In this document: positions 1-10,507 of the stretch, piece by piece
How positions within the stretch are numbered: position 1 is the first letter of the stretch
Layout of the letters: each line of letters begins with the position of its first letter
Source: an uncultured Gemmiger sp.
GTDB taxonomy: Bacteria > Bacillota > Clostridia > Oscillospirales > Ruminococcaceae
NCBI RefSeq assembly: GCF_944388105.1
Contig: NZ_CALXHN010000002.1
Strand: one strand, 5' to 3'
Length of the DNA stretch: 64,000 nucleotides
Made by a program: the position numbers and the translations under genes
The notes under the pieces: model-generated
Told to the model about the DNA's origin: nothing
Seen by the model: the letters and a program-made list of their open reading frames with translations, nothing else
Database searches by the model: none

Positions 1-545
1 GGCTTGGCCTTGATCTGGAACCGGTAGAAGGCCTTGTTGATGAGCCCGGATTTCAGCCGGTCCAACGCACCTGCCGGCAGGGTGGGGAAGTCCTGGCCGG
101 CCCGGATGTGTGCGGCGGCCGCTTCCAGGGCCGGGTGTGCCGCCCGGATGATGGAGCGGGCTTCCTCCGGCTCGGGGGCGCCGAACATGGCAATGTAGTT
201 TTCCGGCATGACGATGGCCGCAGTGCCCCGGTACACCAGTCCCTTGTCACGGCACAGAAGCCGGTTGGCCGGTTCGGGGCTGCCCGCCTCACTGCCGCAG
301 GTCATGACAAAATAGGCGTCCCGGCTGCCGCGGAACTCACCGCTGCGGATAAACCGGACAAAAAGGCGGGGCAGCTGCCAGGCATAGGTGGGGGACACAA
401 AGACCCAGGGCTTGTCCGAGGTGAAGTCGGCGGCAATGCCCTCCCGGATAAAGCGGAACGCATCGGTGCACACATCCCCCAGCCTGTCCGCCAGAAACTC
501 GGCACAGTAGCGGCTGTTGCCGGTGCCGGTAAAATAGACGATCAT
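1..545 (-). CDS. EFR1-family flavodoxin/ferredoxin, N-terminal part (runs off left edge)
   Basis: Manual translation from ATG at 545: MIVYFTGTGNSRYCAEFLADRL...FVSPTYAWQLP...MPENYIAMF; flavodoxin YFTGTGNS motif; no stop before base 1, so absent from the ORF track. Confidence 0.85.
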   Translation of the reverse strand, partial: MIVYFTGTGNSRYCAEFLADRLGDVCTDAFRFIREGIAADFTSDKPWVFVSPTYAWQLPRLFVRFIRSGEFRGSRDAYFVMTCGSEAGSPEPANRLLCRDKGLVYRGTAAIVMPENYIAMFGAPEPEEARSIIRAAHPALEAAAAHIRAGQDFPTLPAGALDRLKSGLINKAFYRFQIKAK

Positions 546-588
546 AGTTTTCCCTCCCGTCAGAAGTTCCCGTCCCGGGAACGGCTTC

Positions 589-657
589 ATTGTATATCGG
601 GACAGCGGGCGCGTCAAGGGGCGGAGGTTGCCCGTTTTGTCCGCCCCGTGGTATACT
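589..657. promoter_or_regulatory. Back-to-back sigma-A-like promoters
   Basis: Minus strand TTGACG (617-612)-17 bp-TACAAT (594-589); plus strand TTGCCC (628-633)-18 bp-TGgTATACT (649-657). Confidence 0.6.
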
Positions 658-702
658 GGGAGCAGACCGGAACACAAGGACCGCAACAAGGAGGAACCCG
701 CA

Positions 703-1692
703 ATGAAACTGGGAATTCTGGGGGCCGGACAGATCGCCGGCGTCATGGCCAGGACCGTCCGCATGCTCAATCAGAACGGCCACCCGGAGGTGGAACTGTA
801 TGCCGTGGGGGCCCGGGACCTGTCCCGCGCCCGGACGTTTGCCGACGCCAACGGGGTGCAGAAGGCGTTCGGCAGCTATGAGGAGATGCTGTCCGACCCG
901 GCGCTGGATCTGGTGTACATTGCCACGCCGCACTCTCACCATTATGGACATATCAAGCTCTGTGCCGACCACGGCAAGCACATTCTGTGCGAAAAGGCCT
1001 TCACCGTCAGCGCCCGTCAGGCGGAGGACGCCATCCGGTATGCCCGGAGCAAGGGCGTGCTGGTGACCGAGGCCATCTGGACCCGCTATCAGCCCGTGCG
1101 CCGCCTGATCCGGGAGACCCTGGACGCCGGACTCATCGGCGAACCCCGGCTGCTCACGGCCAACCTGGGATATTTCATCACCGGCAATCACCGGATCGTG
1201 GTGCCGGAACTGGCCGGCGGCGCTCTGCTGGATGTGGGGGTCTACACCCTGAACTTCGCCGAGATGGTGTTCGGCCGGCCCGATTCCCTTCATGGGCTGT
1301 GCACCAAAAATGAGAACGGGGTGGACCTGACCGACAGCATCACCCTGACCTGGCAGGATGGCCGGGTGGCCAACCTGACCGCTGCCGCCAATTCGGTGTC
1401 CGACCGGTACGGCGTGATCTACGGTACCAAGGGATACATGATGGTGGAAAACATCAACAATCCCCAGGGCCTGCGGGTCTATGACGCCGAGAACCGGCTG
1501 ATCCACAGCCTGGACTGCCCTGCCCAGCTCACCGGCTATGAGTATGAAGTGCTGGAAACGGTGGACTGTATCCGAAAGGGCCTGACCGAATGCCCCTCCA
1601 TGCCCCATGCCGAGACCATCCACATGATGGAGCAGATGGACCATCTGCGGGCCCAGATGGGCATCCGCTACCCCTGCGAAGAGATCGGCTGA
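703..1692 (+). CDS. Gfo/Idh/MocA-family oxidoreductase
   Basis: MKLGILGAGQIA Rossmann motif, YIATPHSHH, CEKAFT, GGALLDVGVY; RBS AAGGAGG before ATG 703. Confidence 0.92.
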   Translation: MKLGILGAGQIAGVMARTVRMLNQNGHPEVELYAVGARDLSRARTFADANGVQKAFGSYEEMLSDPALDLVYIATPHSHHYGHIKLCADHGKHILCEKAFTVSARQAEDAIRYARSKGVLVTEAIWTRYQPVRRLIRETLDAGLIGEPRLLTANLGYFITGNHRIVVPELAGGALLDVGVYTLNFAEMVFGRPDSLHGLCTKNENGVDLTDSITLTWQDGRVANLTAAANSVSDRYGVIYGTKGYMMVENINNPQGLRVYDAENRLIHSLDCPAQLTGYEYEVLETVDCIRKGLTECPSMPHAETIHMMEQMDHLRAQMGIRYPCEEIG

Positions 1693-1701
1693 CCTTGCAA
1701 G

Positions 1702-1750
1702 AACAGCCCCCGCCGGACGGGAATCCGTCCGGCGGGGGCTGTTTTGTTTT
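1702..1750. terminator. Intrinsic terminator between convergent genes
   Basis: AACAGCCCCCGCCGGACGG / CCGTCCGGCGGGGGCTGTT inverted repeat followed by T run. Confidence 0.85.
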
Positions 1751-1770
1751 GGCGTCCGGGAAAAGGCGGG

Positions 1771-2274
1771 TCACTTCACCCCGTAGATCTCGGCGCACAG
1801 GTCCCGTCCGGCCCTGGTGCGGAAGATGGTATCCCTGGCATGACGGATGCCCTCCTCACCCACGCCGTCCTCGTACAGGTTGACCAGAAAATCCGCCTCT
1901 ACCAGGATCTGATAGTCCGGGCCGTCAATGCCGGTGTAGGTGTGATGGTGGCCCACCAGATAGCAGATGCGGTCGATGTCGGGGGCTGCAAGCCCCAGCT
2001 CTTCCAGCATGGGACGGGCGTAGGCGGGGCCTTCCTGCTCCTGCAGCTTTCCGGTGCAGCTGCCGTATTTGGCTTCCGCAGGGCGGATGCCGATATCGTG
2101 CACCAGGGCGGCACATTCCAGCACCATCTGGGTGTGGTCGTCCAGCCCTTCCATGCGGCCGATGAGCTGGGCAAAGCGGTGTACCTTCATCAGGTGCTGG
2201 ATGCGCTTGGCGTCTGCCGCGTTGAAGGCCAGCATTTTGCGGGTCAATGTATCGATCAGTTGTGTGGTGTCCAT
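1771..2274 (-). CDS. HD-domain metal-dependent phosphohydrolase
   Basis: H(30)...AALVHDIG...GHHH...EAD HD motif set. Confidence 0.85.
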   Translation of the reverse strand: MDTTQLIDTLTRKMLAFNAADAKRIQHLMKVHRFAQLIGRMEGLDDHTQMVLECAALVHDIGIRPAEAKYGSCTGKLQEQEGPAYARPMLEELGLAAPDIDRICYLVGHHHTYTGIDGPDYQILVEADFLVNLYEDGVGEEGIRHARDTIFRTRAGRDLCAEIYGVK

Positions 2275-2639
2275 GGCTGAGCTCCTTTCCGGCGGGAGAC
2301 AGTTTCTCCCGTACCCCTATGATAGCGCAAACTGGCCGAAAGTTCAAAACCCCGGACCGGAGCAAAAGGAATTCCCAGTATTGCCCCGGCGGCCCTTGCC
2401 TGCCGCAAAGAGGGAAAAACGAGGAAATGATATAAAGAGTATAAAATAAGAAATATTGGGTATAAGGCTTGAAATTGCACAAAATCAATGGTACTCTGGT
2501 GACAGAAAATAGTCGATATTTCAAATAAACGCCCCGAATGTTCCAGAAAACCATGGCGTCCGGCCGGAAAATGACTTCCCTGAAAAGAAGGAATGATCCG
2601 CAAATGATATATATGATATGTTAAAGGCGGTCGAGGAAA

Positions 2640-3566
2640 ATGAAAACGAACAGGTACACCATATTCACCGACATCCGAAGAAACAAGGCAGCCTATGCCA
2701 TGCTGATCCCGGCGGCGCTGTACACCTTTATCTTCGGATACTGCACCATCCCGTACATGGTCATCGCCTTCCAGAAATTCAGTTACCGGAAAGGCATCTT
2801 CGGCAGTGATTGGGTGGGGGTGGACAACTTCCGCTTCTTCTTCGGTTCCCAGGACGCGTGGCGGATCATCGGCAACACCCTCAAGCTGAATCTGCTGTTC
2901 ATCTTTTTCACCATCCTGGCGGCGGTGGCCCTGGCCATCATGATCAACGAGATCCGCTGCCGGTATTTCAAAAAGGTGGCCCAGTCCACCTACCTGCTGC
3001 CCTATTTCCTGTCCTGGGTCATCGTCAACTATATCCTGTACGGCATCATCGGCAGCAAGTACGGTCTGCTGAACCGGGTCATCGAATTCTTCGGCGGCAC
3101 TGCCATCAACTTCTACAACGCCCCCGGGTACTGGACCGCCATCCTGGTGGTGGCCAAGGTGTGGAAGGACCTGGGAATGAACATGGTCATCTATCTGGCC
3201 ACCCTGGTGGGCTTTGACGATGAGCTGTATGACGCGGCGGCGGTCAGCGGTGCCACCCGATGGCAGATGTGCTGGAAGATCACCCTTCCCATGCTGATGC
3301 CCACCGTCATCATGCTGGGCATCCTGTCCATCGGCAAGGTGTTTTACGGGGACTTCGGCATGATCTACGCCCTGGTGGGGGACAACGGTGTTCTGTACAA
3401 CGCCACCGACGTGATCGACACCTATGTGTTCCGGCTTCTGCGCTCCACCGGCAATCCCTCCCAGGCCATGGCCATCGGGCTGTTCCAGGCCATCATGGGC
3501 TTTCTCTGCGTGTGGGGCACAAACTACATTGCCAAGAAGAAATTTGAGGAAGGAGCGTTGTTCTGA
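2640..3566 (+). CDS. Carbohydrate ABC transporter permease (LplB-like)
   Basis: Multiple TM segments; EAA-like loop LYDAAAVSGATRWQ. Confidence 0.92.
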   Translation: MKTNRYTIFTDIRRNKAAYAMLIPAALYTFIFGYCTIPYMVIAFQKFSYRKGIFGSDWVGVDNFRFFFGSQDAWRIIGNTLKLNLLFIFFTILAAVALAIMINEIRCRYFKKVAQSTYLLPYFLSWVIVNYILYGIIGSKYGLLNRVIEFFGGTAINFYNAPGYWTAILVVAKVWKDLGMNMVIYLATLVGFDDELYDAAAVSGATRWQMCWKITLPMLMPTVIMLGILSIGKVFYGDFGMIYALVGDNGVLYNATDVIDTYVFRLLRSTGNPSQAMAIGLFQAIMGFLCVWGTNYIAKKKFEEGALF

Positions 3567-4447
3567 TGGGCGTCGCGGCCAGAAAAGTCACCTTCGGCAA
3601 GGTGCTGCTCTATCTGTTTACCACCCTGGCGGCGGCCTTCTGCCTGCTGCCCCTGCTGCTGATGGTCATTGTCTCCTTCACCTCCGAGCAGGCCATCGTC
3701 CGCAACGGGTATTCCTTCTTCCCGGCGGAACTGAGCCTGGATGCCTACAGGACCCTGTTTGAAAACGGCGCCGAAGTTGCCCGCTGCTACCTCAACTCGG
3801 TGGGGATCACGGCGGTGGGCACCGTGCTGGCGGTCATCGTCACCTCCATGGCGTCCTATTCCCTGGTGAACCCCTCGGTCAGATACCGCAACGGCATCGC
3901 CATGTATTTCTTTGTCACCATGGTGTTCAACGGCGGCATGGTGCCCTGGTACATGATCTGCACCAAGGTGGGCCTGACCGAAAACTACTTCGCCCTGCTG
4001 ATCCCCAACCTGGTGTTCAGCCCCTTCAACCTCTTCCTGGTACGCAACTACATGCGGGAGATCCCCCTCTCCCTGATGGAATCGGCCAAGCTGGACGGTG
4101 CCAACGACGGGCAGATCGCCTTCCGCATCTATTTCCCGCTGTGCAAACCCATTCTGGCCACGGTGGGGCTGTTTTACGGCATCGCCTACTGGAACGACTG
4201 GTGGAACTCCATCATGCTGGTGTCCAATTCCAATATGTACACCATCCAGTATTACCTGATGAAACTGAAATCCGATTTGAACTTCATGCGCAATCTGCAG
4301 GGCGGCGGCATCGGCGGCGGCTTCCCGCCCACCGAATCCCTGCAGATGGCCACCGCGGTGGTCACCATCGGGCCGCTGATCCTTCTGTATCCGTTTTTGC
4401 AGCGATATATCGTGAAAGGTCTTGTGATAGGAGGTGTGAAAGGCTGA
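3566..4447 (+). CDS. Carbohydrate ABC transporter permease
   Basis: TM segments; LMESAKLDGANDGQI EAA motif; coupled to upstream permease. Confidence 0.92.
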   Translation: MGVAARKVTFGKVLLYLFTTLAAAFCLLPLLLMVIVSFTSEQAIVRNGYSFFPAELSLDAYRTLFENGAEVARCYLNSVGITAVGTVLAVIVTSMASYSLVNPSVRYRNGIAMYFFVTMVFNGGMVPWYMICTKVGLTENYFALLIPNLVFSPFNLFLVRNYMREIPLSLMESAKLDGANDGQIAFRIYFPLCKPILATVGLFYGIAYWNDWWNSIMLVSNSNMYTIQYYLMKLKSDLNFMRNLQGGGIGGGFPPTESLQMATAVVTIGPLILLYPFLQRYIVKGLVIGGVKG

Positions 4448-4532
4448 TTCTTTCCCTGCTGCGCGCCGCGCAGACCCGGCCCCGTGACCCTGAACGGGGC
4501 GCAACCGATCATCTTCAAGGAGGAGCTTATCC

Positions 4533-6026
4533 ATGAAAAAAGCCATTGCTATGGTGCTGACCGCCGGACTGTGCACGGCGATGCTCGGAGGCTGCGGCCA
4601 GTCGGGCAGCAGCAATGCCACCACCGAAAACGCCGCCGCGGCTGCCGCGTCGGGGGAAAAGACCGTTGTCACCTACCTGCGCCCCGGCACCGAGGTGGAC
4701 CACAATGCCGAGCTGGTACAGGCCATCAACGACAAGCTGGACGCCGACGGCACCGGCCTGCAGCTGGAAATCATGTACATCCCCTCGGATGTGTTCCAGG
4801 ACAAGGTCAGCCTGATGCTTTCCACAGGGGAAGCCTTTGACCTGCTGTGCGTCATGGAAGACCAGAAGCCCTTCACTTCTTTTGTGGCCAGTGAAGGCAT
4901 CATGCCCATCACCCAGTATGTGAATCAGTCCGAAAACCTGAAGCGTGTCATCCCCGACTATATGTGGGATGCCGCCACCATCAACGGGGAGATCTACACC
5001 ATCCCCGCCAACTGGTGCGAGCAGGCCGACCAGAACAACTGCATCACCATCCGCCGGGAAAAGCTGGAAGAGTTCGGCCTGGAAGACCCCCAGACCATGG
5101 ATGACCTGCTGAACATGTGTGAAGTGTTCACCAAAAACTGGGACGGCCCCAACAAGCCGGTGGTCATCCCTCTGTACAAGGAACCCTTTACCTATCTCTT
5201 CCGCACCCTGGACACCTATCCCTTCACGGTGCAGAAGGACCTGATCTTCATTGACCAGCAAGGCAACGTGAAAAACTGGATGGAGACCGATGAATTCCGT
5301 CAGTGCGCGGATTTCTTCCACAAACTGTACCAGGGCGGCTATGTGCCCGAGGACGTGCTCTCCGCCGGATGGTCCAGCTGGAACACCATGCTCACCGGCG
5401 ATTTCATCTGGGTGGACCAGTGCCAGCTGTGGGATACCGAGCAGGTCTGGAAAGAGCGCATCCCAGGCGTGCAGCTGGATACGATCTACCTGAATCAGGA
5501 GGCGCCCCAGTTCCGTTCCAGCTCTTTCCGCAACGACACCGCCGTCTCCGCCACCTCCGAACATCCCGAAGCCGCGGTGAAATTCATGGACTGGATGTAT
5601 TCCAGCCAGGAAAACTATGACCTGATGGTCTACGGCGTGGAAGGCCTGACCTGGAACGATGCGGGCAACGGCCTGTACACCAAGAACGATCCCGCCTTTG
5701 AGTTCAACGCCGACTGGATGATCGGCAACCTGGACTATGTGCGGTATCAGGAAGGCACCTACGACAAGTTCATCGAGATCATGGGCATCGAAAAGCCCGA
5801 CGCCGTCAACAGCGTGGCCCTCAACTTTGTCTTTGACCCCGCCAATGTGGCCGATGAGTACGCCGCCTGTCAGGCGGAGGTGGAGCAGAGCATCTACCCC
5901 ATCAAACTGGGTCTGGTCTCCTATGAGGAAGGCTACGAGAATGCCCTGGCCCGGATGAAGGCCGCCGGCATCGACAAGGTCATTGAGGAATACCAGAAGC
6001 AGCTGGATGCCTATCTGGGCAAATAA
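4533..6026 (+). CDS. ABC sugar-binding lipoprotein
   Basis: Signal peptide with lipobox-like MLGGC, Ser/Ala linker, C-terminal KAAGIDKVIEEYQKQLDAY typical of these SBPs. Confidence 0.9.
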   Translation: MKKAIAMVLTAGLCTAMLGGCGQSGSSNATTENAAAAAASGEKTVVTYLRPGTEVDHNAELVQAINDKLDADGTGLQLEIMYIPSDVFQDKVSLMLSTGEAFDLLCVMEDQKPFTSFVASEGIMPITQYVNQSENLKRVIPDYMWDAATINGEIYTIPANWCEQADQNNCITIRREKLEEFGLEDPQTMDDLLNMCEVFTKNWDGPNKPVVIPLYKEPFTYLFRTLDTYPFTVQKDLIFIDQQGNVKNWMETDEFRQCADFFHKLYQGGYVPEDVLSAGWSSWNTMLTGDFIWVDQCQLWDTEQVWKERIPGVQLDTIYLNQEAPQFRSSSFRNDTAVSATSEHPEAAVKFMDWMYSSQENYDLMVYGVEGLTWNDAGNGLYTKNDPAFEFNADWMIGNLDYVRYQEGTYDKFIEIMGIEKPDAVNSVALNFVFDPANVADEYAACQAEVEQSIYPIKLGLVSYEEGYENALARMKAAGIDKVIEEYQKQLDAYLGK

Positions 6027-6093
6027 GATCGTTTGAATGAGAACCGCCCCAGTCCGGCTGCGGCCGGACTGGGGCGCATTCCGGAGGAAGCCT

Positions 6094-8625
6094 ATGGACC
6101 GCCTGTGTCTTGACGGGAGCTACAAGCTCAACTATTTTGACCACGAGACCTTCCAAATCCAGGATGTGATGCGCCCGGACTTTTTCCCCGACGGCTGGAT
6201 CGACACCCAGGTGCCGGAGGACGTGCGCACGGCGCTGCGCCGGTACGGGTATATCGACGGACATTACTACGGCAAGGATCTGGACAAGGAACGCTGGATC
6301 GATGAGAAGGACTGGGTATATTACCGCAGTTTCACGGTGGACGAAAGCTGGCGCGGCCGTGCCTGTGCGCTGTGCCTGGAAGGGGTGGATACCGTCGCCC
6401 GTGTCTTTCTCAACGGCCGGCTGCTGGGTGTGTGCCGCAATATGTTCCGCCGCTACGCCTTTGATGCCGGCGCAGCCCTGCGCATCGGGCAGGAGAACCG
6501 CCTGGTGGTGCAGGTCCTTTCCCCGGTGAACTGCACCGCCGGCATCAGCCGGGAGGGGATCTATCCCCAGGAGGACACCACCCGGATGCTGATCCGCAAG
6601 TCCCAGATGAACTGGGGCTGGGATTTCTGCGGGCACTGCCTGACCACGGGCCTGTGGAAATCCGTTTGCCTGGAAAGCCGGGACACCCCCTGCCTGACCA
6701 AGACCCGCCTGACCACCCTGTCCCTGAGCGAGGGGCAGGCCTGCCTCCGGTTCGAGTGCGATGCCCGGGCGCCGGAGGACTGCCAGGCGGAACTGGAACT
6801 GACGGCGGAAGGAAAACCGGTATACAGCGGGCGCATTGCCGGTGCCCGCACATCCGGGCTGGATTTTGTGCTGCCGGAGCCCCGCCTGTGGTGGCCCCGG
6901 CCTTACGGGGAACCTTTCCTGTATGATGTGCGGGTCACCCTGCGGCAGGGGAGTACCCTGTGGGAGGAGCGCCGTTTCCGGTTCGGGGTACGCACCGCCG
7001 AACTGCTGCAGGACCGGGACGAGGGCGGACGGGGATTTGTGTTCCGCATCAACGGCCGGCGCCTGTTCATCCGGGGCGCCAACTGGGTGCCGCTGAACTG
7101 CGTGTATGCCGAGATTACCGACCGGGACTACGACCGCGCCTTTGCCCGGGTCCTGGACTCCAACCTGTCCATGCTGCGGGTCTGGGGCGGCGGTATTTAT
7201 GAGTCGGAACATTTCCTGGACCTGTGCGATGAAAACGGGATCATGCTCTTTCAGGACATGATGCTGGCCTGCGGCATTTTCCCCCAGGACGACTGCTTCC
7301 TGCAGCAGGTGTATGAAGAGGTGGCCGAGGTGGTGGACCACTGCTACAACCGCACCTGCATCGTGATCTGGTCGGCGGACAACGAGCTGGATGAGGCCTA
7401 CCGCTGGTACGACAAGCTGCCCGAATTCCCCACCAACCGGGTCAACCGGGAAGCCGTGCGGCGGGCCGTGCTGGAAAACGATTCCTCCCGGCCCTTCCTG
7501 GTCAGTTCGCCCTGCAGTCCCTTCCCGGAAGAGGAGGGGGGCGATGACCCCAACTCCGACCGGCAGGGAGACATGCACCTGTATCTGACCCGCTTCAAAC
7601 AGGGGGATGAATACTACTACAAAAAGATCCTGGAATACAAACCCCGCTTCCTCAGCGAGTACGGGTTCAGCAGCCTGCCGTCCGAACCCTCCTACTCCCG
7701 GTTCAATTTCCGGCGGGGGGCGCTGGACCTGGTGCGCAACCCCTGGCTGGCCCAGCTGGACTGGCTGGCCCGCCTGGGGGAGGCAGGGGAGAAGGACCCC
7801 ATCCTCTACTATTCCCAGTTCACCCACGCCCAGGGACTGAAATACTGGATCGAGTATCTGCGGTCCCTCAAGTGGCACTGCGGAGGGTCCCTGTACTGGA
7901 AGTTCAACGACCCCGTGGCGCCCAACCGGGAAGATATGCTGTTTCCCTCCCTCATGTCCTCGCTGGACTTCTACGGCCTGCCCAAGATGGCCTATTACTA
8001 TGCCCGCCGTGCCTACGAAGACCGGATCCTGGCTTTCCGGGAGGAAGCCGACGGAAGCCTGTGCGTGTACGGCTGTTCCGAGACGGAGCAGGACCTGACC
8101 GGGGAGCTGACGCTACGGCTGATGGACTACGACGGCCGCCTGCTGTGGAGCTGCCACCAGCCCGCCTGCCTGCCGGCGGACAGTGCCGCTGTGCTGGGGT
8201 GCTTCCCGGCCCGGGTGCTGGCTTCGGCGCCGCCCTTCCGCTGCTATGCGGCGGCGGAGTTTGATGGGGGCGAGAGCCGGCTGTGCAACCTGTTCCATCT
8301 TACCGAGATCGGGACCTGGGACCGGGTCTGCCTGCCCAGGGCCACGCTGCAGGCGGAACTGCGCTGCCTGAGCCAGCGGGAGTACGAGCTGTCCATCCGG
8401 ACGGATGCCTTTGCCCAGGATGTCATGGTGGAGATTCTGGATGCGGATGTATATTACTCCGACAATGCCTTCTGCCTGGAAAAGAATGATTCCCGCCGGG
8501 TGCATATCCGGCTGAGTGAAGCACCTCCCGCCTGGATGCGGGTGCGGGTGCGGGCCGCCAACGGGGACCCGGTCTGTTTTGGCTTTGCGCCGGAAAGGAA
8601 CTGCCATGAAAATCCATCCCATTGA
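6094..8625 (+). CDS. GH2 beta-mannosidase
   Basis: IRKSQMNWGWD, RGANWVP, LRVWGGGIYE, WSADNE (acid/base), LSEYG (nucleophile); RBS GGAGG before ATG 6094. Confidence 0.88.
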   Translation: MDRLCLDGSYKLNYFDHETFQIQDVMRPDFFPDGWIDTQVPEDVRTALRRYGYIDGHYYGKDLDKERWIDEKDWVYYRSFTVDESWRGRACALCLEGVDTVARVFLNGRLLGVCRNMFRRYAFDAGAALRIGQENRLVVQVLSPVNCTAGISREGIYPQEDTTRMLIRKSQMNWGWDFCGHCLTTGLWKSVCLESRDTPCLTKTRLTTLSLSEGQACLRFECDARAPEDCQAELELTAEGKPVYSGRIAGARTSGLDFVLPEPRLWWPRPYGEPFLYDVRVTLRQGSTLWEERRFRFGVRTAELLQDRDEGGRGFVFRINGRRLFIRGANWVPLNCVYAEITDRDYDRAFARVLDSNLSMLRVWGGGIYESEHFLDLCDENGIMLFQDMMLACGIFPQDDCFLQQVYEEVAEVVDHCYNRTCIVIWSADNELDEAYRWYDKLPEFPTNRVNREAVRRAVLENDSSRPFLVSSPCSPFPEEEGGDDPNSDRQGDMHLYLTRFKQGDEYYYKKILEYKPRFLSEYGFSSLPSEPSYSRFNFRRGALDLVRNPWLAQLDWLARLGEAGEKDPILYYSQFTHAQGLKYWIEYLRSLKWHCGGSLYWKFNDPVAPNREDMLFPSLMSSLDFYGLPKMAYYYARRAYEDRILAFREEADGSLCVYGCSETEQDLTGELTLRLMDYDGRLLWSCHQPACLPADSAAVLGCFPARVLASAPPFRCYAAAEFDGGESRLCNLFHLTEIGTWDRVCLPRATLQAELRCLSQREYELSIRTDAFAQDVMVEILDADVYYSDNAFCLEKNDSRRVHIRLSEAPPAWMRVRVRAANGDPVCFGFAPERNCHENPSH

Positions 8626-10480
8626 CTGGAATGCCCGGGATCTGCGCTGTCTGGATGAGCTGGCCCCGCTCCTGGGGCTGGAACGGGCCGAGGACGGCAT
8701 GCCCCTGCGTCTGTGCAGGGCGGCCTCCCCGGGCTGTGCCCTGCAGGCGGGGGAAGGGGTGCTGCGGTATGCCCACCGGGTACAGATCTGGCGGCAGCTG
8801 GGCATCCTGTGCGCCGAAGCCGCTTGTGGTGCCGGATTTGACCGCACCGAGACCCCCGCGTACCGGGAACTGTGTGCCATGCTGGACTGCTCCCGCAACG
8901 GGGTGCTCACCCCCGAAGCGGTGAAGGACCTGACCCGCCTGCTGGTCCTGATGGGATATACCTCCCTGCAGCTGTACACCGAAGATACCTACCGGATCGA
9001 CGGGCAGCCCTATTTCGGGTACCAGCGGGGGGCCTATACCCGGGAAGAACTGGCTGATATGGATGCCTATGCGGCGGATTTCGGGGTGGAACTGGTGCCC
9101 TGCATCCAGACGCTGGCCCATCTGGACTGCGTGCTGCGCTGGAAAGAGTACGAGGACGTGCGGGACCTGGGCAACATTCTGCTGGCGGACGAACCCCGGA
9201 CCTACGACCTGATCCGGCGCATGTTCGCCCAGATGGCCGGCAGCCTGCGCAGCCGCCGCATCAACATCGGCATGGACGAGGCCCATATGCTGGGTCTGGG
9301 GCAATACCTGGACCGGTTCGGGTACCGGGACCGCATGCAGATCATGCTGCGCCACTACCGCCGGGTGGTGGACATCGCCCACGAGTTCGGATATGAACCC
9401 ATGATGTGGTCGGATATGTTTTTCCGTCTGGCCACCCATGGGGAATATTATACCGATGGGGAACTGGACATCGACCCCGCGGTCCGGGACCTGGTGGGCG
9501 GGGATGTGACCCTGGTGTACTGGGATTACTATACCCTGGAAGAGGAAAAGTACGACCGCATGTTTGCCAGCCACCAGAAGATCTGTGACCGTCTGGCCTT
9601 TGCGGGCGGCGCCTGGAAATGGGAAGGTCCCTGCCCCAACGCCTGGTACAGCCGCGCGGTGGCACCGGTGGCCCACCGCAGCTGCCGCAAAAACGGTGTC
9701 CGGCAGGTCCTTGTCACCGCCTGGGGCGACAACGGGGACGAATGCCCGGTGTATGCGGTGCTGCCGGCCTTTCAACAGTGGGCGGAATTGTGCTATACTG
9801 ATGATAACGAGGACGAATCCTGGCTGGAGCGGCGCTTCCGTACCTGCACCGGCGGTTCGTACCGGGATTTCCTGCACCTGGGGGATGCCGCCGTCATGCC
9901 GGACAATCCGGCCCCGGGACGGTGCGGGGTGAACCCCGTCCGGGCGCTGCTGTACCAGGACCTGCTGGGCGGCCTGTTCGACGCCCATGCCGACGCGGCC
10001 CAGCCGGCCTATCTGCAGGCCTGTGCCCGCCGGATGGCGGAATGCCGGGACCGGGCGCCCCGCCGCTGGCAGTATCTCTTTGAGACCCAGCGCGTGCTGG
10101 ACACGCTGCTGGCGGACAAGTGCACCCTGGGTCTGGAGATCCGGGACGCCTACGCCCGCCGGGATATCCGGGCCCTGCTGCAATGCCGGGAAAAGATCCA
10201 GGCCCTGCTGCCCCAGGTGGAAGACCTGCTGGCCGCGGTGGAGGAACAGTGGCTGCGGGAAAACAAGATCTTCGGTCTGGATGTACTCCAGCTGCAGCTG
10301 GGCGGCCTGAAAGAGCGGCTGACCTTTGCCGCCCGCCGTCTCCAATCCTTCACCCGGGGCAAGGTGACGCGCCTGGAAGAACTGGAAGAACCGCCGCTGC
10401 CTTTCTACGGCAGCCAATGCAGGGAAAAAGCGGTGGTCTCTCCGCCATGGCGCAGCATCGTCACCGCAGGCAGCCACTGA
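8606..10480 (+). CDS. GH20-type beta-N-acetylhexosaminidase
   Basis: MLDCSRNGV, LYTEDTY, PCIQTLAHL, NIGMDEAH (Asp-Glu pair), MMWSDMFF; overlaps the GH2 stop. Confidence 0.88.
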   Translation: MKIHPIDWNARDLRCLDELAPLLGLERAEDGMPLRLCRAASPGCALQAGEGVLRYAHRVQIWRQLGILCAEAACGAGFDRTETPAYRELCAMLDCSRNGVLTPEAVKDLTRLLVLMGYTSLQLYTEDTYRIDGQPYFGYQRGAYTREELADMDAYAADFGVELVPCIQTLAHLDCVLRWKEYEDVRDLGNILLADEPRTYDLIRRMFAQMAGSLRSRRINIGMDEAHMLGLGQYLDRFGYRDRMQIMLRHYRRVVDIAHEFGYEPMMWSDMFFRLATHGEYYTDGELDIDPAVRDLVGGDVTLVYWDYYTLEEEKYDRMFASHQKICDRLAFAGGAWKWEGPCPNAWYSRAVAPVAHRSCRKNGVRQVLVTAWGDNGDECPVYAVLPAFQQWAELCYTDDNEDESWLERRFRTCTGGSYRDFLHLGDAAVMPDNPAPGRCGVNPVRALLYQDLLGGLFDAHADAAQPAYLQACARRMAECRDRAPRRWQYLFETQRVLDTLLADKCTLGLEIRDAYARRDIRALLQCREKIQALLPQVEDLLAAVEEQWLRENKIFGLDVLQLQLGGLKERLTFAARRLQSFTRGKVTRLEELEEPPLPFYGSQCREKAVVSPPWRSIVTAGSH

Positions 10481-10507
10481 ACCAAATCCGACAGGGGGCG
10501 TATCTGT

